Translations under genes and position numbers: made by a program
Part shown: positions 8,897-19,048 of the stretch, one piece after another
Layout: the number at the start of each line of letters is the position of its first letter
Numbering within the stretch: position 1 is the stretch's first letter
NCBI GenBank assembly: GCA_964559455.1
Contig: CAZLHO010000005.1
Coordinates: forward strand, 31,679-95,678
Direction of reading: 5' to 3'
DNA: 64,000 nt
DNA from: an uncultured Fibrobacteraceae bacterium
GTDB lineage: Bacteria > Krumholzibacteriota > Krumholzibacteriia > LZORAL124-64-63
The notes under the pieces: generated by a model
What the model was told of the DNA's origin: nothing
The model's input: the letters and a program-made list of their open reading frames with translations, nothing else
Database searches by the model: none

Positions 8897-11800
8897 ATGC
8901 CCAGGGCCGGAAACTCCGCTCCCACCCCTCCGGCAGAATGGCCGGCTGCCGTAGCGGTGCTGGCGGGCGGGCGCGACGGGCCCGCTGCGGGCTACGTGGT
9001 CCTGGCCACCAAGACCGGGACCGGCTTCTCCTCCCTGGGCGAGACGGCCCTGACCACCTGGGAAGGGCCAGGCACCGCCGGTCTGCGTTTCTTCGTCCGG
9101 GACCTCGACGGCGGAGCGTTCTGGTCGCCGGGGCGGGTCGGGGCGGCCCTGATCGAAGCGCGCGGGACTCCCGGATCCTTCACCCTGGAGCACACTGAAA
9201 ACGGCGTGCGGGTCACTGTGGAGACTTGCGTCCTGGCCGACCGCCCGGCCGAGCTGCGGCGCATCACGCTGGCCGACCTTTCGGGAACGGCCCGCCGTCT
9301 GGAGGTGACCTCGCTGGCCGAGGTCGTGCTGAACCACCCCGAAGCCCATGCCTCCCATCCCTCTTTCTCCAAGCTCTTCCTCCAGACCGAACACGTGGCA
9401 AGCGAGCGGTCCATTCTGGTCCATCGGCGCCCCCTCGACCCCAACCAGACCCACCCCACCCTGATCCACGCCCTGCTGGAACGGGGCGAAGTCGAGGTCG
9501 AGACCGACCGGGCCCGGTTCCATGGCCGCGGCCATCATCCAGAACGACCGGAGGCGCTCCTGTCGTTCGATGCGCTGTCGGGCACGACCGGAAACGTGCT
9601 GGACCCGGTCGTCAGCCTCAGGCGAAAGCTGACGATCGCCGCCGGCGGGTCGGCCACGACGACCTTCCTGCTCGGGGCTGCGGCTGACGCACCGTCGGCC
9701 AGGGCCCTGTCGGCTGCGTTGGACGAGACGCAAGCCATCGATCGAGCCTTCACGGCCGCCCGGGCGGAGGGGGCGCGCCGGTTGGCCGAACTGGGCACTT
9801 CCGCCGCAGAGCATGCCTACGCCCAGCATCTGGCGGCGGCCATCCTGCGGAGGGATCCCGGCCTGCGCGCCGAGCCCGCCGTCTTGGCCCGTGCCGGCGG
9901 CGATCCCGCCGGCCTGGCCGACCTGGGAATCGAGCCGCGTCGGCCTTTGGCGATCGTGCGATCGGACCGGGCGACCACCGAACGGATGGGGCGGATTTTC
10001 CGTTCCTGGCGATCGCTCGACCTTCCCATCCAGCTGGCCGTGCTGACCGACGACGAAGCGGTCGCCTGCCGCGAACCCGGGAGCATCCATCTGCGCCCGG
10101 GGGAGCTCACCCCGCTCCGGATGGATCTGCTCCTGGCGACCGCAGCCCTGGTGATCACCGATTCCCCGCCGGCCCTGACGGCTCTGGATCCGCCCGCGGC
10201 CGCCGCCCCGTCCCCCGGCCACTCTCCTGTTGCCGAGGAGCCGTTTGCGAAGAACCTCGGCTTCTACAACGGGTGGGGCGGCTTCAGCCCGGACGGGCGC
10301 GAGTACGTCATCCACGTCACCAGTGAAGCCGGCGGCAACCTGCGTCTGCCGCCGCGCCCCTGGATCAACGTGCTGGCAAACGACAAGCTGGGCTGCACCA
10401 TCAGCGAGACCGGCGCCGGCGCCACCTGGGGCGGAAACAGCCGTGAGCATCGACTGACGCCCTGGTTCAACGACCCGCTGCTGGACCCCCATGGCGACGC
10501 CGTCTACCTGCGCGACGAGTATTCCGGCACCTATTTCTCCTGCCTGCCCGGCCCGGCGCCGGCGGGGGGCCACTATGAGATCCGCCACGGCCACGGCTAC
10601 ACGAGGTGCCTTCGCTCCGGTGGATATCTTGCGGTCGAGACTCTCGTCTTCGTCGACCGCCGCGAACCGGTCCGCATCTCCAGGATTCGGGTGACCAACC
10701 GCAGCGATGACCCGCGCCTGCTGTCCCTGTTCTCCTTCAGCCAGCTCGTTCTCGGCGGCCTGCCGGAATACTGCAGCCGCTTCGTCGTCACCTCGCACGA
10801 TGCCGAGAGCGGGGCGCTGCTGGCCCGCAACCGCACCGCCGGTCCCTTCGCCGGGCATTGCGCCTTCGGCGCGGTGGTGGGTGACGATCATATGACGGCC
10901 GTGCACCACAGCGGAGACCGGACCGCCTTCCTGGGGCCCGGCGGCGACCCGACCGCTCCGGAAGCTCTCGGGTCGCCACATCTCGACGGTTGTTCGGGCC
11001 CCGGGCTGGACCCCTGCTTCGCCCTGCAGGCGACTCTGGCCCTGGCCCCCGGCGACACCGCCGAGACCTGGGTGCTGCTGGGACAGGAAGAGGACAGGGC
11101 GAAAGCCCTCGAACTGGTGGCCGGATTGGGGGTCCCGGGAGCCTGCGAGGCGGCCTGGCGCGCCACCCGGGATTCCTGGCGCCGAGACCTCGACGGCATC
11201 CAGGTGCGGACCCCGTCCGCATCCCTCGATCTGATGGTCAACGGGTGGTTGGGCTATCAGACCCTGGCCTGCCGCATGCAGGGACGTTCGGCGCTGTACC
11301 AATCGGGAGGCGCCTTCGGCTTCCGCGACCAACTGCAGGATTCGCTTGCCCTGATCGCCTTGCGGCCCGAGCTGACCCGCCGCCAGATCCTGCTGCACGC
11401 CGCCCACCAGTTCGTCGAGGGCGACGTCCTGCACTGGTGGCATCCTCCCTCGGGCCGAGGCATCCGTACTCGTTTCGTCGACGACCTTCTCTGGCTGCCC
11501 CTGGCCACGGTGGAATACATCGGCGCCACCGGCGACCGGGGAATCCTGTCGGAACAGGCCTCCTACCTGACGGCGCCCGCCCTCGAGCCGGGCCAGGACG
11601 AGGTCTTCCTGCAGCCGGAACCCGCCGGGGAGTCGGCCGACCTGTACGACCATTGCTGTCGCGCCCTGGACCGCTCCCTGGCCCGCGGAGCCCACGGGTT
11701 GCCTCTTTTCGGAACAGGCGACTGGAACGACGGCATGAACCGCGTCGGCCGCGAGGGCCGGGGCGAGAGCGTATGGATGGGGTTCTTCCTCGTGAAGATC

Positions 11801-12742
11801 ATCGACGGCTTCCTGCCGCTTTGCCGGGTCCGCGGCGACCAGGAGCGCGAAGCCCGCTACGGACGATTCCGCGACGAGCTGGTCCGGACGCTGAACGACA
11901 CGGGCTGGGATGGCGACTGGTATCGCCGCGGCTATTACGACGACGGTTCCCCGTTGGGCTCCTGGGAGAACAAGGAATGCGCCATCGACGCCCTGGCCCA
12001 GGCCTGGTCGGTGCTTTCGGGCGTGGCCCCGCCGTTCCGCGCCCTACAGGCGATGGATGCCGTCGAGGAGCATCTCATCGACGATGATCAACGGCTGATC
12101 CGATTGTTGACGCCGCCCTTCATCGATACGGACCACGACCCCGGCTACATCAAGGGCTACGTGGCCGGCGTCCGGGAGAACGGCGGGCAATACACCCATG
12201 CCGCGCTGTGGGTGGTGCGCGCCATGGCCGCCCTGGGCCGGCGCAATCGCGCCGCCCCGCTTCTGGACCTGATCAACCCGATCTGCCATGCGGCCGACCC
12301 GCAGATGGTGGCGCGCTACCAGGTGGAGCCCTACGTGGTGGCCGCCGACGTCTACGGCGCGCCGCCCCACGTGGGGCGCGGCGGCTGGACGTGGTACACC
12401 GGGTCATCGGGATGGATGCTGCGGGTGGCGCTGGAGTCCGTCCTGGGCCTGAGCTCCGAAGGGGAAACGCTGGTGATGGCGCCCTGCGTACCCGACGATT
12501 GGCCCCGATACTCGATCATCTGGCGGGTGCCTCCCCGGGGAGGCGACAATCCCGACGACCCGACGACCTATGAGATCCAGGTCGCCAACCCGGAACTCTG
12601 CTCGGAGGCCGTGCTGGCGGTCACCTGCGACGACCGCCCCTGTCCGCCCGTCGGCGGCGTCGCCCGCGTTCCCCTTTCGCGCGACGGCCGCACCCACCGG
12701 ATCACCATCACCCTGGGCCCGCGGCCCGAGACCGGTCCATGA
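8897..12742 (+). CDS. GH94 glycoside phosphorylase of the Cgs/NdvB C-terminal type; probable beta-1,2-oligoglucan phosphorylase
   Basis: QSGGAFGFRDQLQD, HWWH, catalytic GDWNDGMN, ENGGQYTH, GRGGWTWYTGS; two N-terminal beta-sandwich domains; no signal peptide. Substrate inferred from GH144 context. Confidence 0.88.
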   Translation: MPRAGNSAPTPPAEWPAAVAVLAGGRDGPAAGYVVLATKTGTGFSSLGETALTTWEGPGTAGLRFFVRDLDGGAFWSPGRVGAALIEARGTPGSFTLEHTENGVRVTVETCVLADRPAELRRITLADLSGTARRLEVTSLAEVVLNHPEAHASHPSFSKLFLQTEHVASERSILVHRRPLDPNQTHPTLIHALLERGEVEVETDRARFHGRGHHPERPEALLSFDALSGTTGNVLDPVVSLRRKLTIAAGGSATTTFLLGAAADAPSARALSAALDETQAIDRAFTAARAEGARRLAELGTSAAEHAYAQHLAAAILRRDPGLRAEPAVLARAGGDPAGLADLGIEPRRPLAIVRSDRATTERMGRIFRSWRSLDLPIQLAVLTDDEAVACREPGSIHLRPGELTPLRMDLLLATAALVITDSPPALTALDPPAAAAPSPGHSPVAEEPFAKNLGFYNGWGGFSPDGREYVIHVTSEAGGNLRLPPRPWINVLANDKLGCTISETGAGATWGGNSREHRLTPWFNDPLLDPHGDAVYLRDEYSGTYFSCLPGPAPAGGHYEIRHGHGYTRCLRSGGYLAVETLVFVDRREPVRISRIRVTNRSDDPRLLSLFSFSQLVLGGLPEYCSRFVVTSHDAESGALLARNRTAGPFAGHCAFGAVVGDDHMTAVHHSGDRTAFLGPGGDPTAPEALGSPHLDGCSGPGLDPCFALQATLALAPGDTAETWVLLGQEEDRAKALELVAGLGVPGACEAAWRATRDSWRRDLDGIQVRTPSASLDLMVNGWLGYQTLACRMQGRSALYQSGGAFGFRDQLQDSLALIALRPELTRRQILLHAAHQFVEGDVLHWWHPPSGRGIRTRFVDDLLWLPLATVEYIGATGDRGILSEQASYLTAPALEPGQDEVFLQPEPAGESADLYDHCCRALDRSLARGAHGLPLFGTGDWNDGMNRVGREGRGESVWMGFFLVKIIDGFLPLCRVRGDQEREARYGRFRDELVRTLNDTGWDGDWYRRGYYDDGSPLGSWENKECAIDALAQAWSVLSGVAPPFRALQAMDAVEEHLIDDDQRLIRLLTPPFIDTDHDPGYIKGYVAGVRENGGQYTHAALWVVRAMAALGRRNRAAPLLDLINPICHAADPQMVARYQVEPYVVAADVYGAPPHVGRGGWTWYTGSSGWMLRVALESVLGLSSEGETLVMAPCVPDDWPRYSIIWRVPPRGGDNPDDPTTYEIQVANPELCSEAVLAVTCDDRPCPPVGGVARVPLSRDGRTHRITITLGPRPETGP

Positions 12743-14103
12743 CCGCTTTCCCCCGGAATTTCCTGTGGGGCGCCGCCACCTCCGCCCACCAGATCGAGGG
12801 CTCCCCCCTGGCCGACGGCGCGGGTCCGAGCAACTGGCACCTGTTCACTCACCTGCCGGGAAGAACCGCCAACGGCGATACCGCCGACGTCGCCTGCGAT
12901 CACTACCGGCGGTGGCCCGAGGACATCGGGATCATGAGCGAGCTGGGCTTGCAGGCCTACCGTTTCAGCCTGTCCTGGAGCCGCATCCTCCCGCACGGGA
13001 CCGGCGAGGTGAACGCCCGGGGACTGGACTTCTACGAGCGCCTGGTCGACGCGTTGCTGGCGGCGGGGATCCAGCCGATGCCCACCCTCTTCCATTGGGA
13101 CCTGCCCGCGGCCCTGGACGAGCGCGGCGGCTGGGTCAATCCCGACAGCGCCGGCTGGTTCGCCGACTACGCCGAGGTTGTGTTCCGGCGCCTGGGCGAC
13201 CGCGTCCGGCGCTGGACCACCTTGAACGAACCCTGGGTGATCGTCGACGCGGGATACGTTCACGGCGTCCATCCCCCGGGACGCATCGACCTGACCGAGG
13301 CCGCCCGGGCCGCCCACAACCTGCTGCGCGCCCACGGGCAGGCCGTCCGCTGCTTCCGGGCCAACGGAAGCGGCGAGATCGGCATCGTCGTCAACCTGGA
13401 GCCCAAGGATCCTGCGAGCGGCACCGAGGCCGACAGGGCGGCGGCCGGACGCGCCGATGCGTACATGAACCGGCAGTTCCTCGACCCTCTGCTGCGGGGC
13501 CGCTACCCCGAGGAACTGGCGGAGATCTACGGCTGCGACCTGTCCGATTCCCCGCCCGCGGACTTTACGCTGATCGGCGAGCCCGTCGATTTCCTGGGTC
13601 TCAACTACTACACGCGATCGGTGAACCGGCACGACCCCGAGGCGGCCCCCGTTTTCGCCTCGCCGGTGAGGCGACCGGGCGCCGAGTACACGGAGATGGG
13701 CTGGGAGGTGCATCCGGAGAGCCTGGTCCGGGCGCTCGTGTGGTTGAAGGAGCGCTACGGCGACCGGCCCATCTACATCACCGAAAACGGCGGCGCCTTC
13801 AAGGACCCCGAGCCGGATGCACGCGGGCGCGTGTCCGATCCCCTGCGCCGGGGATACATCAGGGACCACCTGCTGGCCGTGCGCGAAGCGATGGCCCTCG
13901 GCGTGGACGTGCGCGGCTACTTCGCCTGGTCCCTGCTGGACAATTTCGAATGGGCCTGCGGCTACGACAAGCGGTTCGGCCTCGTGCGGGTGGACCCGGC
14001 GACCCGTGATCGGACGATCAAGGACAGCGGTTGGTTCTACCGGGACGTGATCGCCGGTCGAGGCGCGGTGCTCGACCGGGATGAAGCCGCACCCGGGCGA
14101 TAA
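12739..14103 (+). CDS. GH1 beta-glucosidase (cytoplasmic)
   Basis: FLWGAATSAHQIEG, YRFSLSWSRI, TLNEP (acid/base), ITENG (nucleophile), WSLLDNFEW; ATGA overlap with GH94. Confidence 0.96.
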   Translation: MTAFPRNFLWGAATSAHQIEGSPLADGAGPSNWHLFTHLPGRTANGDTADVACDHYRRWPEDIGIMSELGLQAYRFSLSWSRILPHGTGEVNARGLDFYERLVDALLAAGIQPMPTLFHWDLPAALDERGGWVNPDSAGWFADYAEVVFRRLGDRVRRWTTLNEPWVIVDAGYVHGVHPPGRIDLTEAARAAHNLLRAHGQAVRCFRANGSGEIGIVVNLEPKDPASGTEADRAAAGRADAYMNRQFLDPLLRGRYPEELAEIYGCDLSDSPPADFTLIGEPVDFLGLNYYTRSVNRHDPEAAPVFASPVRRPGAEYTEMGWEVHPESLVRALVWLKERYGDRPIYITENGGAFKDPEPDARGRVSDPLRRGYIRDHLLAVREAMALGVDVRGYFAWSLLDNFEWACGYDKRFGLVRVDPATRDRTIKDSGWFYRDVIAGRGAVLDRDEAAPGR

Positions 14104-14140
14104 AGGATGCGCGGGACCGGACCGGGGGTTCGACAGCCCG

Positions 14141-17100
14141 CTAGGGCTTCCAGCGGACTTCCACGGGCACCGTCCCCACGACCACCCGGCCCGCGGCGTC
14201 CTGGCGCGCGGGCGCCTCGTCGACGGTCGCGGTCAGGCCGGCCGCCGGAGGGTCCAGCAGCAGCCCCCCCGAGGGGAGGGCGAACCCCTCGTCGATCTTC
14301 ATCACGACATCGTTCCCGTCGCGGAACAACCGGTAGCCCAGCCTGCCGTAGGGAGTGGGCAAGCGGTCGACGACCAGCCCGCCGTCCTCGAGCCATGCCG
14401 CAGGCACCCCGGCCGCCAGCACCAGCGCCGCGGACCCCTCGTCGCCATCCCGCCGTTCATACGCGAACATGTCGAGCAGGCTGCGCATGTAGTCCGACCC
14501 CACCCACGTGTGGGGCATGTCGCCGATGAAGCGGGCGGTGGTCGTGTCGCCGACGACCACCTCGGCCCACTGGCGCCAGCCGAGCGGCGTGCGATGATCC
14601 AGGAAGAACGCCAGCAGCTCCTGGACGCGATCACGCCATCCCAGACGCACGAAGGCGCCGATCGTCCGGATCTCGTAGGGCGTGAAGTCCTTCCAGGGCT
14701 CCCCGGCGGCGCGCGCGCTGAAGAAATCCCAATAGCGCGCGAAGGTCCGCTCCAGGGCGCCCGCCGGCAGGATGTCCTCCGCCGCGGCCGGATCCAGGGC
14801 GATGGTCGTCGAGGTCGCGTCGAAGTCGCCCAGGTCGGCGCAGCCGGGAACGTAGTCGATGCCGTGCCTTTCCATCGCCGCGGCCACCGAAGCGCCGAGG
14901 TCCCGGGAGAACCGGTCGCGCAGGGCGCTCAGGCGTTCGCGCTCGACCACCAGGCCGTCCGGGCCGCCGACCGCCAGTTCCGCGGCCAGCCAGGCCGCGT
15001 CCTTCAGGCCGCGCAGGGCGAAGAAGTCGTCCCAATAGGAATGCATGGGCTTGGCCGAATAGCCCTCGTGGCTGATCGAAGGGGGCAGGATGCCGTAGTA
15101 TTCCCGCTTGTCGGCGGTCCGGTACTCCCCGGTCCTCCGCTCGTCCAGCAGCGATTCCAGGTACCGTACGCCGGCCAGCACCCGCGGCCACATGACCTCG
15201 AGCAGGGCCCGGTCGCCGGTAAAGCGGTAGTGTTCGGCCACCAGGAAGATGAATTCCCCCGTGGAATCGTGCTCGGGCACCGGATCGGCCCCGCGCCGAT
15301 CGACGACGCAGGGGATCTTTCCGTTGTCGTACTGGTGGGGCGCATACCATTCCAGGAAATCGCGCACCGCATCGGCATGCCCGAGGCGCAGCAGCGCCGC
15401 TCCGGTGAGGGAGCCGTCGCGGATCCACGAGCGCGCATACGACCGGGCCCCGGGCTGGATGGCCACCCCTGCGCGGTTGACCAGGACCCAGCCGAGCTGG
15501 GCTTTGAGCGTGGCGATGGCGTCTTGCGCGGCCGGCGGGCCCTCGATCACCACCCGGTCGCGGGCGGCCCGCCAGGCCGCCCCGGCCCGGGCCGTCGCGT
15601 CGACCCAATCGATGTCCTCCGGAAGCGGCGAGGCCTCGTGCAACGGCAGCAGCACCTGCACTCCCGCACCTTCGCCGGGCTCCAGGCCCAGCCGATAAGC
15701 CACTGCGGCGGAGGCGGCCCCGAACGGGTCGTCGACCGCCTGCGCGCCCGGCAGCCGGCCCGCCCTCAGATGGTCGGCCACCACGTCCCCGCCGGCGAAG
15801 GTGACGGCTCCGAAACCGTCGGGCTCGCAAAGCAGGCCCACCCGCGGCCGCCCGTCCACCAGGAGCGTGCGGCCGTCGCGCGCAACGCTCCCCACGCGCG
15901 CGGTGCCTCCGCGGACGTTCAGGAACTGCACCGGCGGGTTCACCTGGAAGGGCCGCAGGGCCAGGAACAAGGTGACCGAGTCGGCCGCCGCGCCCCGGTT
16001 CTCCACCACGTACCGCGCCAGCAGCGACGAGCGCTCCGGCAGGCCCGTTCCCAGGGCGGAGATCCGCAGGCGCCACGGTCCGCTTTCCCACGTCACCCAA
16101 GGGAGGGGCAGGTCGTCGTCCGACAGGCCCCGGGTCGCGGTCACGTCGTCCCAGGTGAGCAACCGCCCGTCGGTCCACAGGAAGGGCTCCAGCGAGAACT
16201 CGCCCGGCCCCGCTTCCAGGGCCCCGTCCGCGCCCAGCAGCCCCTCGCGCGAATCGCGGTCCGCCCCGACGACCGTCCAGGCGGTGGGCTCGCCCAGGAA
16301 GCCCCGCGGGTACACCCCCCTTGGAGCCTCCTTCGCGATGTTCATGAAGAACGTCTCGCGCGTGGTGGACCAGTCCAGGGGCCGCAGCACGAGTTCAGCG
16401 ACCGCCGGCGGCGGTGCGCCCTCATCCGGCAGCGGGCGCAGCCGCAGCCATTCCGATTCGGTTTCGGGCAGGAAAAGGGGGTCCCGCCCCCCGTTGCCTC
16501 CGGTGACGACCGACTGCGTTCGCCACGTGCGCCCGTCATCCGAGGTTTCGACCAGGTAGTCGGCGACATGCCGCCCGTCCGCCCAGACCACGGTCAAGCC
16601 GCCGTACTCGCGTGGCCGCCCGAAGTGCAGATTCAGCTCCGGTGCGGCGTCGTCGGGTTCGGGAGACCACCAGGTCGCCGTGTCCCCGTCGAGCACGGCG
16701 GCGGCCGGATGAGCCGTCGGCGCCGAACTCGCCGTGGCCACCGGCACGGGCGGCGGGCCCGCCGCGACCGGAAGCGGCACCAGTTCCAGGTCGTCGATCC
16801 ATAGCGTCCCGGCGCCGCCGCTGCCCGCGGTGACGGCGAATTCGATCGCCGCGACGTGCCGGATCTCGCCGCCGCCCGCAGGGCCCCAGGCGAACTCGAT
16901 CTGGCGCTTCTTGATCCTGACGCTCTGCCAGTCCTCGGGCCACGCGACATCCCGCAGAACGTGCCACCAGACGTCTTCTCCGCCGGCGTCGACCAGTTTG
17001 AATTCCAGGTGGTTGACCGGGGCCTCTCCCCGGAGATCGAAACGGAAGGCGTAGTTCCCGGGCAGATCGAGATCCGTCTCCAGGCGGGCGATGGCGTAGC

Positions 17101-17326
17101 CGCCGCCGGTGAATCGGAAATCCAGCCGCATGGCCCGGCCCCGCCCGTCGTCCCTGTCTTCCCTGGAGATGTCCAGGGCGACTCCGTCGGCGGGATGGGC
17201 CGACCAGGCCTGATCCCCTTCGAAATCGTCGATCACCAGGCATTCCTGGCTGCAAGCGGGCGCCGGCAGGAAGACCGCCAGGAGGAGCGCCAGCGCCAGG
17301 CCCCGAGGCTTGTTCCGCGGCTTCAT
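14141..17326 (-). CDS. Exported modular glycoside hydrolase-like protein: CIA30/CBM11-like domain, F5/8 discoidin domain, six-hairpin (alpha/alpha)6 domain
   Basis: Signal MKPRNKPRGLALALLL; ATG 17326 overlaps the permease stop. IDDFE...LWIDDLEL; discoidin ATASS...VLDGDTATWWS...YLVETSDDGRTW; catalytic-type SYARSWIRDGS, EHDSTGEF, SHEGY, HSYWDD. Confidence 0.75.
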   Translation of the reverse strand: MKPRNKPRGLALALLLAVFLPAPACSQECLVIDDFEGDQAWSAHPADGVALDISREDRDDGRGRAMRLDFRFTGGGYAIARLETDLDLPGNYAFRFDLRGEAPVNHLEFKLVDAGGEDVWWHVLRDVAWPEDWQSVRIKKRQIEFAWGPAGGGEIRHVAAIEFAVTAGSGGAGTLWIDDLELVPLPVAAGPPPVPVATASSAPTAHPAAAVLDGDTATWWSPEPDDAAPELNLHFGRPREYGGLTVVWADGRHVADYLVETSDDGRTWRTQSVVTGGNGGRDPLFLPETESEWLRLRPLPDEGAPPPAVAELVLRPLDWSTTRETFFMNIAKEAPRGVYPRGFLGEPTAWTVVGADRDSREGLLGADGALEAGPGEFSLEPFLWTDGRLLTWDDVTATRGLSDDDLPLPWVTWESGPWRLRISALGTGLPERSSLLARYVVENRGAAADSVTLFLALRPFQVNPPVQFLNVRGGTARVGSVARDGRTLLVDGRPRVGLLCEPDGFGAVTFAGGDVVADHLRAGRLPGAQAVDDPFGAASAAVAYRLGLEPGEGAGVQVLLPLHEASPLPEDIDWVDATARAGAAWRAARDRVVIEGPPAAQDAIATLKAQLGWVLVNRAGVAIQPGARSYARSWIRDGSLTGAALLRLGHADAVRDFLEWYAPHQYDNGKIPCVVDRRGADPVPEHDSTGEFIFLVAEHYRFTGDRALLEVMWPRVLAGVRYLESLLDERRTGEYRTADKREYYGILPPSISHEGYSAKPMHSYWDDFFALRGLKDAAWLAAELAVGGPDGLVVERERLSALRDRFSRDLGASVAAAMERHGIDYVPGCADLGDFDATSTTIALDPAAAEDILPAGALERTFARYWDFFSARAAGEPWKDFTPYEIRTIGAFVRLGWRDRVQELLAFFLDHRTPLGWRQWAEVVVGDTTTARFIGDMPHTWVGSDYMRSLLDMFAYERRDGDEGSAALVLAAGVPAAWLEDGGLVVDRLPTPYGRLGYRLFRDGNDVVMKIDEGFALPSGGLLLDPPAAGLTATVDEAPARQDAAGRVVVGTVPVEVRWKP

Positions 17327-18147
17327 TCCTTCACGCCGCCGGCCATGATCCCTCCGACGAAGGTGCGCTGGAAGACGAGAAAGACGATCAGGGCCGGGAG
17401 AATCGTCACGACCGATCCGGCCATCATCAGCTCGGTGTCCTGCACGTGCTCGCCCACCATGTTGGCCAGGGCCACCGGCAGGGTGTACATCGCGCTGTCC
17501 GAAAGAATGATCAACGGCCACATGAAATCGTTCCACGCGCTCAGGAAGGTGAACGCCGCCAAGGTGACCACGATGGGCTTGATGATGGGCAGGGCGACCA
17601 GGCGGAAGATCATGAACTCGCCCGCGCCGTCGATCCGCGCGGCGTCCAGCAGGTCGTCCGGCACGCTGAGGGCATACTGTCGGATGAGGAAGATGCCGAA
17701 GACGCTGGCCATGTACGGCACGATCACCCCCGCGTACGTGTTCACCAACCCCATCTCTCTCATCATCAGGAAAAGCGGCAGCATCCCGACCTGGGCCGGG
17801 ACCACCATCGCGCTCGCCAGGTAGCGGAACAGCTTCTCGCGGCCGGCGAAGGGAAGCTTGGCGAAGGCATAGCCGGCGAGGGAGTTGACCAGGACCGAGA
17901 TGACCGTGGCCAGGACGGTCACGACGGCGCTGTTGGCGAAATTCCGCACCATGTCGAGCCTGGTGACCAGGGCGGCGTAGTTCTCCAGCGTCGGGTGCCG
18001 CGGCACCAGGCGGGGAGGCAGGTTGTTCGCCTCGCCGGGGGACATGAACGACGCGGCCACCATCCAGAACAGGGGCATCAGCGTGATCGCGGCCCCGACG
18101 ATCAATCCGCCGTGCAGCAGGATGGATCTGTTGTTTCGTTCCTTCAC
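17323..18147 (-). CDS. Carbohydrate ABC transporter permease (MalG-like)
   Basis: LAGYAFAKLPFAGR, EAA-type loop LLDAARIDGAGEF, AWNDFMWPLII. Confidence 0.95.
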   Translation of the reverse strand: MKERNNRSILLHGGLIVGAAITLMPLFWMVAASFMSPGEANNLPPRLVPRHPTLENYAALVTRLDMVRNFANSAVVTVLATVISVLVNSLAGYAFAKLPFAGREKLFRYLASAMVVPAQVGMLPLFLMMREMGLVNTYAGVIVPYMASVFGIFLIRQYALSVPDDLLDAARIDGAGEFMIFRLVALPIIKPIVVTLAAFTFLSAWNDFMWPLIILSDSAMYTLPVALANMVGEHVQDTELMMAGSVVTILPALIVFLVFQRTFVGGIMAGGVKE

Positions 18148-18157
18148 GACGACTTCC

Positions 18158-19048
18158 TCATTGCCGCGCCTTCTGCAGTCTCAATTGGATCAGGGCGCCG
18201 GCCAGGGTGATCACCAGCAGCACGCCCGCCACCGCCGCCGCCATGCCCATGCGCCACCACCGGAAACCCTCCTCGTACATGTACAGGACCAGACTCCTGG
18301 TGGCTCCCAGCGGGCCTCCCTGGGTCATGACGTAGGGCTCGGCGAAGAGCTGGAAGAACCCGATCATCGTGGTCACGCTGACGAAGAGGAAGGTCGGCCC
18401 CAGCCCGGGCAGCGTGATGTGCAGGAAGCGCCGGGCGGGACCGGCGCCGTCGATCTTGGCGGCCTCGTACAGGTTCTCCGGAATTGTCTGCATCCCCGCC
18501 ACGAAGATCAGCATGTTGTAGCCGAAGTTCTTCCACACCGCGAGCAGGATGATCGCCGGCATGGCCCACTGCGGATCGCCCAGCCAGTCGATGGGCTCGA
18601 TCCCCACGAGACCCAGGAGAAAATTCAATAATCCGTATTTGGGGTGGTACAGATAGCGCCAGACGATGGCGACCGAAACCAGGGTCGTCACCACCGGAGC
18701 GAAATAGACCGTCCGGAAGAAGCCCCGCAACCTCACGAGCTTCGCATTGAGCAGAAGAGCCGCCCCGAGGGAAACCCCGATCGACAGGGGTCCGCCGATG
18801 AAGACGAACTTCATGGTGTTCCAGACCGCCGTCCAGAAGGTCTCGTCATGCAGGAGACGCTGGTAGTTCTCCAGGCCGACGAAGCGGGCGACGCTCAGCG
18901 AACCGATGGCGTAGAGGTCGAAATCCGTCAGGCTCATCAGCAAGCCCGCGCCCACCGGCACCAGGAAGAACAGCACGAGCAGGATGATCGCCGGGGCCAG
19001 GAACATCCAGGCCGCCCGCGTGCGCCTGAGCGTGAGGGGATTACTCAT
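18158..19048 (-). CDS. Carbohydrate ABC transporter permease (MalF-like)
   Basis: FVGLENY, FRTVYFAPVV, EAA loop LYEAAKIDGAG; start placed at ATG 19048 (MSNPL). Confidence 0.95.
   Translation of the reverse strand: MSNPLTLRRTRAAWMFLAPAIILLVLFFLVPVGAGLLMSLTDFDLYAIGSLSVARFVGLENYQRLLHDETFWTAVWNTMKFVFIGGPLSIGVSLGAALLLNAKLVRLRGFFRTVYFAPVVTTLVSVAIVWRYLYHPKYGLLNFLLGLVGIEPIDWLGDPQWAMPAIILLAVWKNFGYNMLIFVAGMQTIPENLYEAAKIDGAGPARRFLHITLPGLGPTFLFVSVTTMIGFFQLFAEPYVMTQGGPLGATRSLVLYMYEEGFRWWRMGMAAAVAGVLLVITLAGALIQLRLQKARQ

Noticed and set aside
8897-12742. Cyclic beta-1,2-glucan synthase (Cgs/NdvB) call
   Set aside because: Less than half the usual length, with no TM or GT84 region; only the phosphorylase part is present.
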